Source of the DNA: a virus
Lineage: Duplodnaviria; Caudoviricetes
DNA length: 25,058 nt
Direction: 5' to 3' (one strand)
Virus record (IMG/VR): IMGVR_UViG_3300012667_000430
Coordinates: 1 to 25,058 of that record
Shown one piece after another: positions 15,478 to 24,472 of the stretch. The notes under the pieces are model-generated. The model did not search any database and was not told the DNA's origin. It saw only the letters and a program-made list of their open reading frames with translations. Position numbers and translations under genes: made by a program. Every line of letters starts with the position of its first letter. Within the stretch, counting starts at the first letter, position 1.

Positions 15478-15654
15478 AAATCGATTGAAACACCCATTGC
15501 CCGCTCCGAAAGTTCCGGCTTACTTTCGCAGGCTTGGTACGAAAACCAGGCATTTCTCCGGTTACTGGCGGGCTTCCTTGTTACGCCAGCGCCCCGGCAT
15601 GCTGATCAGTCATGCAGGCATTTTCGGCATTGGTAATGACTGGAGTGGTGGGGG

Positions 15655-16428
15655 TTAGATAAGCCCTTGGTCGATCAGATAGTCTCGCCAGATGCCAGCA
15701 GCTACTTGCATACCTGCATGGTTTCGGTGAAGGTTTGAATCCATACCGACAGCGGTATCAGTCATCACCGACAAATCAGCCCCTGCAAAAACATTCGGAT
15801 TTGCAAGTGTTGCAATGGTTTGACTTCGTGCAACAAAGAGTTTTCCTGTCGGGTTTGTCCACTCCGCAGCAGTTGATCCACCGATATAAGGAGGCGTAAT
15901 ACCAATCATCACCTTGTCAGCACCAGCAGACAAAGCACGGTTAATGACTGTGACTTGCGCCTGTGAAATCTTGTCAGCAGACCACAATTCAGACAAATCG
16001 GTTTGATGGCCTGCGGTAATGTTCCATACTTCAAAGCCTTGAGCCTTCAGCGTCTGAATAGCTGTCACCATACCTGAAACATAGTTGTTTGGGTCAAAAC
16101 CAACATCTCCATACGCATAGGGAGTGCCTGTTACCACTGCCCCTGTGTACCCCGTCCAATTACTAATAATTCCAGTTCCGCCAACTGCTAAGTTTTTCCA
16201 TTTGACGTACCAGCCTTTACGCGCAGCTATGTTTTCCGCAAGCAATGCGAACATACTTGACTGACCTGATGCGCCAAAGTAGTTTGGAAATCCATATTGC
16301 GGAGTGACCCGAACCGATACCGTGGTGTTATCTGGTGTGACTGATGTCGTTCCCCACTTACAGCCAGGGCCGTTTTCGTTTGATTGTCCGTAAGCCACAA
16401 CCAGAGCAAGTTTCTTCTGTGTCATCAT
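15655..16428 (-). CDS. SGNH/GDSL-superfamily esterase (sialate O-acetylesterase-like)
   Basis: Block I VAYGQSN, block II NLAVGGTGI, block III-like AGHQTD and block V-like DSNLH. GC is lower than in the core genes. Confidence 0.72.
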   Translation of the reverse strand: MMTQKKLALVVAYGQSNENGPGCKWGTTSVTPDNTTVSVRVTPQYGFPNYFGASGQSSMFALLAENIAARKGWYVKWKNLAVGGTGIISNWTGYTGAVVTGTPYAYGDVGFDPNNYVSGMVTAIQTLKAQGFEVWNITAGHQTDLSELWSADKISQAQVTVINRALSAGADKVMIGITPPYIGGSTAAEWTNPTGKLFVARSQTIATLANPNVFAGADLSVMTDTAVGMDSNLHRNHAGMQVAAGIWRDYLIDQGLI

Positions 16429-17363
16429 GCACCGCCTTTCATGTTGTTATCAGAGAACATGGCAAACGGGTTTCGATTGAACCACTGATCTAAAAGTTGC
16501 GGCGAGGCTTGCACGGTTGATGGAAACACTGCCATTCGGAATGCTGCCCATTGGCAGGTTCTAGCTGTTGCGGTTGACGCAGTAGCATTCAACGCACAGC
16601 CAACACCGAAGTGATTTGGGCCAGCAGAATTGACCGTGGTGTAGCTTCCGTTTGTATCGGCGTTGATCTGGACATTGTTGTTTGAACCAGACTGAACACC
16701 ATTAACCCAAGCATTTATCTGCTTAGTTGCTCCGTCCACAAACACTGTCAAGTTGTACCAAGTACCAGCCAGTAGTGCAGATGGTTGGTAGTTTGTTGCA
16801 GTTCCGGTTGCTACACCAACCTTTGTGCTGATTGTTAAATTGCCAGTTGTGGAAACCGCCACATTGATTCCAGGCGTTGTGTTTGATGAGTCCATGTTGC
16901 CAAGAATGTAGGCATTTGCGGCAAGTGAGGTAAGGTTAAATCTTGCCTGCAACAAAAGTGACTCGCCGTTATTCAGTTCCCACCCAGCTTTGGGCGCATG
17001 AATAAACAACGCTTTTGCAGTGGTCACACCAGTTGTTAAATACCCCGCATTTGTGTCGTACAGGTCGGCATCTGTCATCGACCCAAGATACTGACCGTCA
17101 GCCATGTTCATTGACAAATCTTTAACTGCATTGATTTGCCGTGGCGGTGGTGCAAAAAGCAGCGACCTTGTGTACTGCGACTCTGGCGGGGTGTAAGGGT
17201 CTAGCGAGATCAACTCACCATCTGGCCCCACCAAGCCTGTGACGTTGCCGTCTTTGTCTAGGGCGTAGGTGGGAATAACTCTTTGCGTTCCAGTCGAATC
17301 TTTAAATCCAGGCGTGTTGCCGTCTAAGTCAGATAAGAAGTCTGTGATTCTTGAAATGTCCAT
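16425..17363 (-). CDS. LamG/ConA-like jelly-roll domain protein (putative virion lectin)
   Basis: GTWYNLTVFVDGATKQINAWVNGV followed by FGVG fits the LamG pattern. GC is lower than in the core genes. Confidence 0.65.
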   Translation of the reverse strand: MDISRITDFLSDLDGNTPGFKDSTGTQRVIPTYALDKDGNVTGLVGPDGELISLDPYTPPESQYTRSLLFAPPPRQINAVKDLSMNMADGQYLGSMTDADLYDTNAGYLTTGVTTAKALFIHAPKAGWELNNGESLLLQARFNLTSLAANAYILGNMDSSNTTPGINVAVSTTGNLTISTKVGVATGTATNYQPSALLAGTWYNLTVFVDGATKQINAWVNGVQSGSNNNVQINADTNGSYTTVNSAGPNHFGVGCALNATASTATARTCQWAAFRMAVFPSTVQASPQLLDQWFNRNPFAMFSDNNMKGGA

Positions 17364-17427
17364 GATTTCACCTATTGAATGTTGATTGAAGTTGAACTTT
17401 TTCTTCCAGTCGGAACGTCACATGCAA

Positions 17428-18477
17428 TCAGTGCGCACGCCTGCGTGCAATGCGGATGAATAGGGCATTGTTTGGACCCTGCAAGTCTCCACGCATAATG
17501 GCATTAGCTGCCTGGCGGTAATAGTTTGTAGCTTGTGCATCTTGCGATGGTGATGGGGTAGGAACCCCGCTTTGTGAAAGCACTGGAAAGTGGCCGGTGA
17601 AGGCAAACGTTCCTTTGACCGGAACGACGACTCGATTTGCTGTCTGCGCAACCGTGGGAACCTTGCCGGTCAACGTCAGCGCACCATTGCTTGGCGCGAT
17701 AGTCGTGCCGCTGGTGCGATCGACGGTAGGCGCCTTTCCGGTGAGCGTCAGACTGCCCTTGGCTGGGGTCAGCACCACATTGGCGGTGCGCGCGACTGTC
17801 GGCGTCTTGCCGGTGAGTACCAGCGACCCCTTGGTCGGCTCGATGGTGATGCCGCCGCTCTGCGTGACCGTTGGCGTCTTGCCCATCAGGACCAATGAAC
17901 CAGCGGTCGGCGCGACTGTCTGGTTGGCTGTACGCGTCACTGTTGGCGAGTAGCCTGTCAGCGTCAGACTTCCTTTGCTGGGTGCCAGCGTGAGGCCCGC
18001 GCCTTGCGTAATTATTGGAGTCTTTCCGGTGATGGAAAGACTTCCTTTGCTTGGTGCAACAGTCTGGTTCGCTGTGCGTGTGACTGTTGGAGTTTTGCCG
18101 GTTATGACAAGGCCACCCTTGAGCGGAGCAACCATCTGGTTCGCTGTACGCGTGACTATTGGCACTTTGCCGGTTAGAAGCACTGATCCTTTGACCGGCG
18201 CCAATGTCTGGTTGGCTGAGCGGACGACTGCCGGCACCTTGCCGGTCAGTGTTAGCGAACCTTTAAGCGGTGCTACTGTCTGGCCGCCGCCACCAGTTTG
18301 GGCCAATGTCGGCGTGTAGCCGGTGATGGTCAGCGTGCCTTTGCTTGGGGCGACTGTTTGAGAGCCGCCAGATGCAGGCGTGAAATAGTCAAGGTCTAGA
18401 AGCGCTCCCGCTTCACCGTCAAACTGGTCAGACGCACCACGGCCAACCCGTAAATCGTAGTTGGCGAAATCGACCAT
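17428..18477 (-). CDS. Repeat-containing virion structural/fibre-like protein
   Basis: Eleven tandem ~24-aa repeats, consensus QTVAPxKGSLTLTGKTPTVTRTAN. Confidence 0.7.
   Translation of the reverse strand: MVDFANYDLRVGRGASDQFDGEAGALLDLDYFTPASGGSQTVAPSKGTLTITGYTPTLAQTGGGGQTVAPLKGSLTLTGKVPAVVRSANQTLAPVKGSVLLTGKVPIVTRTANQMVAPLKGGLVITGKTPTVTRTANQTVAPSKGSLSITGKTPIITQGAGLTLAPSKGSLTLTGYSPTVTRTANQTVAPTAGSLVLMGKTPTVTQSGGITIEPTKGSLVLTGKTPTVARTANVVLTPAKGSLTLTGKAPTVDRTSGTTIAPSNGALTLTGKVPTVAQTANRVVVPVKGTFAFTGHFPVLSQSGVPTPSPSQDAQATNYYRQAANAIMRGDLQGPNNALFIRIARRRAH
17566..18360 (-). repeat. Degenerate 72-bp (24-aa) tandem coding repeat, 11 units
   Basis: Counted directly from the translation (about aa 40-304). 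P..G....TG..P positions recur in nearly every unit. Confidence 0.88.
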
Positions 18478-18480
18478 GCG

Positions 18481-19320
18481 CTACCCCTGAATAATCTTGC
18501 CGAAACCCTTGACCGTACCAGTGGATGTTGCAGTCGCAAGCATGATGCCGAACAGGCAGGAATTGTTGCGAATTTTGGGCAGGCCAAGCTGCGCCCAATC
18601 GAACGTAGCCGATTGATTGGCGACCGCGCCAGTCCAGAGCAGCGTGCGCTGGCGTGTAGCCGTGACACCAAAGTTGCCAGCAGTAGCAGTGGAAGCAGAC
18701 AGCGTGACCGTGTTCACGGCCTTGATGTCAAGGCCGCTTGCGTGGTTGCTGATCAGCTTGATCATGCGGCTTGCTCCGATTGCAGTTCCGCCCACAGCAA
18801 TAGCAGCCAGGTTGCCGGTGCTGTTGTCGCTGAATGTCACGTTCACCGTGGCGTTGGAAGCAGTAGCGCCAGTTGCGGTGTACCACTCAAGCCACCATGT
18901 CACGTCCGAGTAATCCGCTGCACCTAGTCGGCTGTCACCGACAGGGCCACCGGCATTAATGGTGTCAAGGTTAATACCAACCGTCTGCGCCGTGGTCACA
19001 GTCCCGCTCAAGCCGCCCATGTGGGCCAGCCGGTCATGAATCTCAAGATTGGTATTGGCGTTGCCGGTAGTCAGCGTGTGCCAGCCGAGATACCCCACCG
19101 CAGGGGCAGTCTGGTTGGTGAGAGCGATAGCTCCAGGCAGGCCCGATGTGCAGTAGGCCGCCGTTGTGGGGTTGGCACCGGCAGCAGGAAGGCCCGTTGC
19201 TTTCCAGAGGCTGGAATAGCCACCAGAGACTTGGCCTGTAATGGTGGCCTTGTCCCAGAGAATCTTGTCGTGCTGGTTACCCAGTGCACTGATTAGCGCG
19301 TCACGGGTGTCGATGGTCAT
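18481..19320 (-). CDS. Phage structural protein of unknown function (Thr/Ala/Gly-rich, beta-rich)
   Basis: 279-aa ORF tightly packed with its neighbours, with virion-like composition. Confidence 0.6.
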   Translation of the reverse strand: MTIDTRDALISALGNQHDKILWDKATITGQVSGGYSSLWKATGLPAAGANPTTAAYCTSGLPGAIALTNQTAPAVGYLGWHTLTTGNANTNLEIHDRLAHMGGLSGTVTTAQTVGINLDTINAGGPVGDSRLGAADYSDVTWWLEWYTATGATASNATVNVTFSDNSTGNLAAIAVGGTAIGASRMIKLISNHASGLDIKAVNTVTLSASTATAGNFGVTATRQRTLLWTGAVANQSATFDWAQLGLPKIRNNSCLFGIMLATATSTGTVKGFGKIIQG

Positions 19321-19481
19321 TGGGCCAGCTCCAGGTAGATGGCGTCAAACCCGCCGTGCTCACCAAGGATATAGGCGGTCGTGCCGTCGCCGCTGTGGAT
19401 GACGTCAGTGATTGTGTAGGCATCAGGGAAGGATTCGTTGAACGGCGCCTTGACCGTGACGATGTCACCGATACTGAACAT
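19317..19481 (-). CDS. Small hypothetical protein (54 aa, SH3/KOW-like start MFSIGDIVTVK)
   Basis: Start reassigned to the ATG at 19481, 2 nt after the upstream stop. ATGA overlap with the downstream gene. Confidence 0.6.
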   Translation of the reverse strand: MFSIGDIVTVKAPFNESFPDAYTITDVIHSGDGTTAYILGEHGGFDAIYLELAQ

Positions 19482-19483
19482 AA

Positions 19484-19948
19484 TCAGATCGCGTCGAACC
19501 AACCAGTTGCGGGAGTGGTCACGGTCAGCGTATTGGTGGCCGTTGTCAGCGGGATGTCGGCTGGCGTGTTGTCGCCTACGAAGTATCCGATCAGCGGATT
19601 GACTTGGCCCCACACTGTTCCAGAAAGGTACATGACGTAGTAGCGGTGCGCGGGGATGCCAGCGCCCGATGCGGTCCATGCAGGCACGGTGCCGGTCAGG
19701 TAGTAGCCGTTGGTGCCAGCAGTTGCCACGGCGGCAGCACCGGTCAGCGTAGCGCCGCCAGTGGTGTAGCCGTTTCCGTTGGCAATCTCATTTGCAGACA
19801 CGTCAGCCCACAGGGCATGTCCTGCGGTGGTGATGTTCGGGACGTACGCAGACGACACAAGAGCCATCTTGATCGTGCCAGCAACGATGTCGTTGATACG
19901 CAGATCGTCTTTGTTGCGTGCGTAGAGCGTGAATGCGCCTGCTGCCAT
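19484..19948 (-). CDS. Phage virion structural protein (EI..GNGYTTGG motif)
   Basis: TIKMALVSS...NEIANGNGYTTGGATL...PLIGYF, a pattern recalled from minor virion proteins. AGGAG RBS upstream. Confidence 0.65.
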   Translation of the reverse strand: MAAGAFTLYARNKDDLRINDIVAGTIKMALVSSAYVPNITTAGHALWADVSANEIANGNGYTTGGATLTGAAAVATAGTNGYYLTGTVPAWTASGAGIPAHRYYVMYLSGTVWGQVNPLIGYFVGDNTPADIPLTTATNTLTVTTPATGWFDAI

Positions 19949-19968
19949 AGGGTGCTCCTAGAAAAGTG

Positions 19969-21462
19969 TTACGTGGCGGGGGTTGGCACAGCAGCCTGCT
20001 GCTGTGCGCCGGGGGTTGATTCGTATGCTGTGAGCTTCACGCCCAGTGCAGCAGCTTGAGTTTGGGCTGAAGCTATAGCGGCAAGAACATCGCCAAAGTC
20101 GTATCCCATTGCTGCGGCCAGATCCTGCGGGGACATGAGGCCGGCCTTAACGGCCAGAATCTTGGCTTCCATATCGCCCTTGGGATCGACCCACTCCCAG
20201 CGCCGTGGCTGCCACTCGTGCCGCGAAAACTTATCGATCTTGGCTGCGGGAAGCGCGCTGCCGTTGGGCATGGTGATGGCTCCCATCAACAGGGCGCTTT
20301 GCAACCATACTTTGAAGATCGGCTCCATAACGGATGCGGTAAACCACTCCTGGTCGTCTTCCCAGCGGTCTCGCTCTTCCAGGGCTCCGCTGCGGATGCT
20401 GCTGTAGCTCACACCCTCAAGGTCATTGGCCAAGCTGTGATACGCAACCCGCCATCCGCTGGCAATGCGCTGCAGCGTCGTTTTAACGAAAGGCCCAAAT
20501 ACTTCGTTTGGATACGGGCTCTGGAAAGGTTTGAAATCAACACCAGCGCTCAGCGTGTCAAAAGTTCCTGGTTGGCTGATGGCAGTCTTGCTTCCTGCGT
20601 CGTCTACCCCAATAGGGGCCACTCCGTCTGGCGTTGTGAAGAATCCGTAATGGTTTGCACCATGCTCGGCGGCCAAGAGCGCGCTCAGTTTGAAGTTCCC
20701 AAGGTGATGCAAGCTAATCATGCCCGGCGCCATCCATGGTATTCCGCGTAACTGCTCGGCACGCTCCAGCTTGAACACATGCAGCATGTCCGAAATGTCA
20801 ACCCGCATGCGCTGGCGGCTGGAGGTGGCACCATCGTTTGGGTGCGCTACAAAGAGATGCAGGGCCACAGGGCGGCGGTACTGATTAACCTCCACTCCCA
20901 TGATTACGGCATTTCGGCCCTGACCAGCACCGATGTTGTAGGTAGTATCGATCCGATCTACATCGATGAGCTGGAGCGCGAGACCGTATTTGTTGCCAGC
21001 CTCCTTTCCGCGTATCAAGCGAACCAGAAATTCACCATCTGAGGGAAGGCTTCCAACCATAGTTGCGCACATGTCGCGCAGCGACTGCTTTCCGGCAAGG
21101 TCGCAAGAACTAGACCAATCCGACCATGCGGCTTCGATGGCCTGGTTTGCTAACTTGTCGGGGCTACCTGGCTTGTCTTCCACACGCACCTGCAGTCGAA
21201 TGCCACCAGGGCCAATGATGTTGTTCTTACACATGCCAACAAACTTGACGGCATAGTCGTTGTTCAGCGCAAGATCACGGCCGCGAGCACGCACACGGTT
21301 CAGGTCGGTTCGCAGATCCTGGTTAATCGACTGCTCAGTCACCATCCAGTTTGTGAGACGGTCGATTTGAGCGGCCTGCAGGCGACGAACCTGAGGTGAT
21401 TTACCACTGACTACACGGGTGATAGCGCTGCGGGCACGCTGCATAAATGTGGGTTTCTGCAT
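19969..21462 (-). CDS. Portal protein, lambda family
   Basis: RARGRDLALNNDYA, GVEVNQYRRPVA, EQLRGIPW, SYSSIRSG and WEWVDPKGD. 497 aa. Confidence 0.93.
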   Translation of the reverse strand: MQKPTFMQRARSAITRVVSGKSPQVRRLQAAQIDRLTNWMVTEQSINQDLRTDLNRVRARGRDLALNNDYAVKFVGMCKNNIIGPGGIRLQVRVEDKPGSPDKLANQAIEAAWSDWSSSCDLAGKQSLRDMCATMVGSLPSDGEFLVRLIRGKEAGNKYGLALQLIDVDRIDTTYNIGAGQGRNAVIMGVEVNQYRRPVALHLFVAHPNDGATSSRQRMRVDISDMLHVFKLERAEQLRGIPWMAPGMISLHHLGNFKLSALLAAEHGANHYGFFTTPDGVAPIGVDDAGSKTAISQPGTFDTLSAGVDFKPFQSPYPNEVFGPFVKTTLQRIASGWRVAYHSLANDLEGVSYSSIRSGALEERDRWEDDQEWFTASVMEPIFKVWLQSALLMGAITMPNGSALPAAKIDKFSRHEWQPRRWEWVDPKGDMEAKILAVKAGLMSPQDLAAAMGYDFGDVLAAIASAQTQAAALGVKLTAYESTPGAQQQAAVPTPAT

Positions 21463-21465
21463 CGA

Positions 21466-22020
21466 CTAGCCCCCGAAGCGAACCATAATGCGGCGCTTGT
21501 CTGGCAGGCCACGAGCTACGTCTGCCGCTGCGTCTTCACGTGCAACCTCTGCTCGGTACTTGTCACGCAAAGTCAGCAGATCCGGCAGGCCGATCCGCTG
21601 CAGCTTGCGCCCGGCTATCTCATAGCTGGCGGCACTCAGGTTGGCGGAGTTTTCTAGGTAGGCCTCGATGTTGGTGAGGGCCTTGCGTGCATGGCTTCGG
21701 CTGTCCACCGCCGCACCAAAGCTCGGTTGTACTGTGGTGCTTCCAGTGGCTACAGTGAAAACTTCACCTGCCTTGCTGACTTGGGCGCGCCAATCGTATG
21801 CACCAGGAACCCAGGTGGCCGTTGTGGCGGCGGGAACACTGACTAGATAGTCATCAGAACTGGAACTGGCCGAGAAGGCTATGCGGCTGGTAGCGTTAAC
21901 CAGTGTGTAGCTCAGCGTCCAGCCTTCAGATGCAGGGTAGTCAGCGAGCGACTTTAGCCATTTGGCAGTGTCGCCCGCTAACAGCGATGCGGGCTCGGAT
22001 GTTGGGATGATGGCAGCCAT
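21466..22020 (-). CDS. Head completion protein, gpW-like C-terminus with an N-terminal extension
   Basis: C-terminal SYEIAGRKLQRIGLPDLLTLRDKYRAEV resembles gpW, and it lies between terL and portal as in lambda. Start taken as the ATG at 22020. Confidence 0.65.
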   Translation of the reverse strand: MAAIIPTSEPASLLAGDTAKWLKSLADYPASEGWTLSYTLVNATSRIAFSASSSSDDYLVSVPAATTATWVPGAYDWRAQVSKAGEVFTVATGSTTVQPSFGAAVDSRSHARKALTNIEAYLENSANLSAASYEIAGRKLQRIGLPDLLTLRDKYRAEVAREDAAADVARGLPDKRRIMVRFGG

Positions 22021-22042
22021 ATACCGCAATTGGGCGGCGTAT

Positions 22043-22073
22043 GGTGTACGGTTTTCAAGGTAAAAAAGCGGAC
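22043..22073 (-). promoter_or_regulatory. 31-bp direct repeat, copy 2 (upstream of the gpW-like/portal genes)
   Basis: Identical to 15431-15461 and 22 nt from the ATG at 22020. Confidence 0.75.
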
Positions 22074-22085
22074 AGTTTCAATCGT

Positions 22086-22418
22086 TCAGGACTTAATGAT
22101 TTCCCACAGCCGAGTTTTACTGATCCCATAGCGGCGCTCAAGCAGCGGAATGCGCTCGCCTTTTTGCCAGTAGTCGGCCCTGATGCTGGCATTGCGGGCC
22201 TCAATGTCTTTGTAGTAGCGTCCTACCAGGTAGTGGCTCTGCTGCCCATAGTGTTGAATCGTGGCCCGGAGCGCATTTTCAGTGATGGCCTGATTAAGCT
22301 CAGGCGCCATGGCCAATACACACGAAAGCATGTATTCGTATGGATTGCCGGTTACAGGAACTGCAGACAGTACCTTTTCAAAGTCGGTCTGCTGCGGATT
22401 CTTTGCTGCTTTCACCAA
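22086..22418 (-). CDS. Mor/C-family transcriptional activator (HTH)
   Basis: YGQQSHYL...ARNASIRADY...GERIPLLERRYGISKTRLWEII fits the Mor-family pattern (GG..hY, RN..I, LA..Y.hS...h..Ih). Confidence 0.7.
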   Translation of the reverse strand: MVKAAKNPQQTDFEKVLSAVPVTGNPYEYMLSCVLAMAPELNQAITENALRATIQHYGQQSHYLVGRYYKDIEARNASIRADYWQKGERIPLLERRYGISKTRLWEIIKS

Positions 22419-24472
22419 GATGGACGTCCTTGCTGTTGTCGGGGTTGCCGTGGTTTGAATGGTTGCGGTACGTTCTCAACAGTCAGCAGCTTTTCTTGGC
22501 CGGCTACAACCGCAGGTTTTGAATCTGTAACAGGTTTGCTATCTTGCGCACCTGGCACTGGCACTGGCGGAGCATCAAACAGGTCGCGGCCCTGGACTTG
22601 ACTCTCAAGACGGGCCCAGTCGCTCTCACGCCAACGCTCAATCCCAAGATAATGCGCACAACCCAGCGCATAGACCGCGCAGTCAAGCGCCTCATTGCGC
22701 TTACCGGCTGGCTTTACCCAGTCCAGTCTGGCATGCCCTTTAACGTAGCGGGTAACCAGGCGCTCAGAAGTGATTTGCTCAAACACGTCAGGGTGGTGGT
22801 TCTTGCTGATGTGCACATAGCCCGGGCCCGGCTCAGTGTTGCGCAGCCGGCCGTAGATTTCAGCTTTGGCTGTATCGGTTCCGATGGGCCAGAGCTTGAC
22901 ACCACGCTTGACCTTCTGGCCACGCCAGTTCACATCCTGCTCGCTGGGTTTACCCAATATGGCCTTACCACTGACAGACATACCCTTCACCGCCAGCACA
23001 TGCATGTGTTGGTGGCGCCGCGCATACTCATAGACCGCCTGGGTATGGTGGCCCCCGGAGTCAACCGCAGTGGCACTAATCACCACAGTGCGTCCGCTGA
23101 CATGCTGGATCGGTGTGCGCCGGTACTCGGTCAACGCAGACCATGGGCTGCCTGGCTCCCCTTCTGGGAGGCCCGGATCGCCGTAAATGATCTGGCGGTC
23201 CACAAGCTGGCGCTCCATGCCGCGCCCCCACGCCCAGACATAGGCCTCCAGGCGGTCTCCTTGCGTATCGACGCCCATCGTGCACACAAACATTCCCCAA
23301 TGCACCTGGCGCAGCGGCAGATCGGGAGCTCGCTTGATGAGGTCATGGGTGTTTGTGCGGTCGCCCTGCTCTTCCCATGTCTCAGCCAATACGGTATTGG
23401 TGAAGGTTTTGAGCTTTGAAATGTCACCATTCTTCGCTACGGTGGAGGCTTCGGTGAACTGCTGCACCAGGTCGGCCCAGCTCACCCAGCCCAGCGGTGC
23501 ATATAGGGCGTTCAGGTGGTATCCAGTCATGCGGCCCGGGCGCGCGCTGTCGCGTCCTGCCTGCCAGTAACCGCTGGCCAGCATCGATGGTTTCTCATGC
23601 TCCCGGATCTCGCAGCCGTTATGCTGACAGACATAGCGAACGGTTCCAAGAAGCGGCGAACCGTCTTCCGCCCTATCCCATCGCAGACCATGAGGGGTCG
23701 TAGATCCCCAAACCAGGGCCTGATGCTCACCGCAGTGAGGGCAGGCCACATGGAAGGTGCAGGCATTGCTCTGCAGATAGGCAGATTCAATGCGGGAGAA
23801 ATCCTTGGTTGTCGGTGTGCTGACCTTGAGCACCTTCTTGCGCGCAAAGGTGCTGGTGCGCTTCTCTGCCAGGGCAACCGGATCGCCCTCGCCGTCCACG
23901 TCCAACGGGTAGGCATCGATCTCGTCCAGGAACAAATACCGCACTGGCATCGAGCGCAGGCTGGCCGCGCTATTGGCCCCAGACACCACCAGGACGCCGC
24001 CGGCAAAGTCCTTCATCAGCGTGGTGTTGGCATCGTCCCGGCTCCGATTCTCGCGCACCTTACGGCGCAGTGCGGGGGTTTCCTCCAGCATGGGTGTAAT
24101 CCGCTGGCGGCTGAAGCGCTTGGCCATGTCGGTGGTTGGCTGCACGATCATCACCGGACCGGGTTCGTTGTCGATGATGTAGCCAAGCCAGTTGTTTCCG
24201 GTCTCCGACTTGCCGAGCTGAGCAGCAAACATCACGACCACCTCCTGGACGGTGGAGCGCGCAGACAAGTCATCCATGATCTGGCGCAGGTACGGCGTGC
24301 GATCAGTGCGCCATGGGCCTGGCTCACTGGAGGCCTTTCCGGACAGCATGCGATTCTTGTCGGCCCATTGGCTCACCGTGACATTGGCCGGCGGACGCAT
24401 AAACTCCGCGAACATGGAGTCCACCAGCGCGGCAGCGCGGGTGTAGTCATCGGGAAGATCACGCGAGCCCAT
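22412..24472 (-). CDS. terL: Terminase large subunit, lambda gpA family
   Basis: PGPWRTDRTPYL, Walker A AAQLGKSE, Walker B YLFLDEID, STPT, CPHCG, GVDTQ, DSGG and RNEALDCAVYA. Confidence 0.95.
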   Translation of the reverse strand: MGSRDLPDDYTRAAALVDSMFAEFMRPPANVTVSQWADKNRMLSGKASSEPGPWRTDRTPYLRQIMDDLSARSTVQEVVVMFAAQLGKSETGNNWLGYIIDNEPGPVMIVQPTTDMAKRFSRQRITPMLEETPALRRKVRENRSRDDANTTLMKDFAGGVLVVSGANSAASLRSMPVRYLFLDEIDAYPLDVDGEGDPVALAEKRTSTFARKKVLKVSTPTTKDFSRIESAYLQSNACTFHVACPHCGEHQALVWGSTTPHGLRWDRAEDGSPLLGTVRYVCQHNGCEIREHEKPSMLASGYWQAGRDSARPGRMTGYHLNALYAPLGWVSWADLVQQFTEASTVAKNGDISKLKTFTNTVLAETWEEQGDRTNTHDLIKRAPDLPLRQVHWGMFVCTMGVDTQGDRLEAYVWAWGRGMERQLVDRQIIYGDPGLPEGEPGSPWSALTEYRRTPIQHVSGRTVVISATAVDSGGHHTQAVYEYARRHQHMHVLAVKGMSVSGKAILGKPSEQDVNWRGQKVKRGVKLWPIGTDTAKAEIYGRLRNTEPGPGYVHISKNHHPDVFEQITSERLVTRYVKGHARLDWVKPAGKRNEALDCAVYALGCAHYLGIERWRESDWARLESQVQGRDLFDAPPVPVPGAQDSKPVTDSKPAVVAGQEKLLTVENVPQPFKPRQPRQQQGRPSW

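Noticed and set aside
15560-15650. Possible hammerhead ribozyme (CTGA... and GAAA nearby)
   Set aside because: The core reads CTGATCA rather than CTGANGA, and I could not build the three-stem junction.
17566-18360. Periodic DNA that might be a CRISPR array
   Set aside because: The units are degenerate, in frame and conserved at protein level, with no identical repeats separated by unique spacers.
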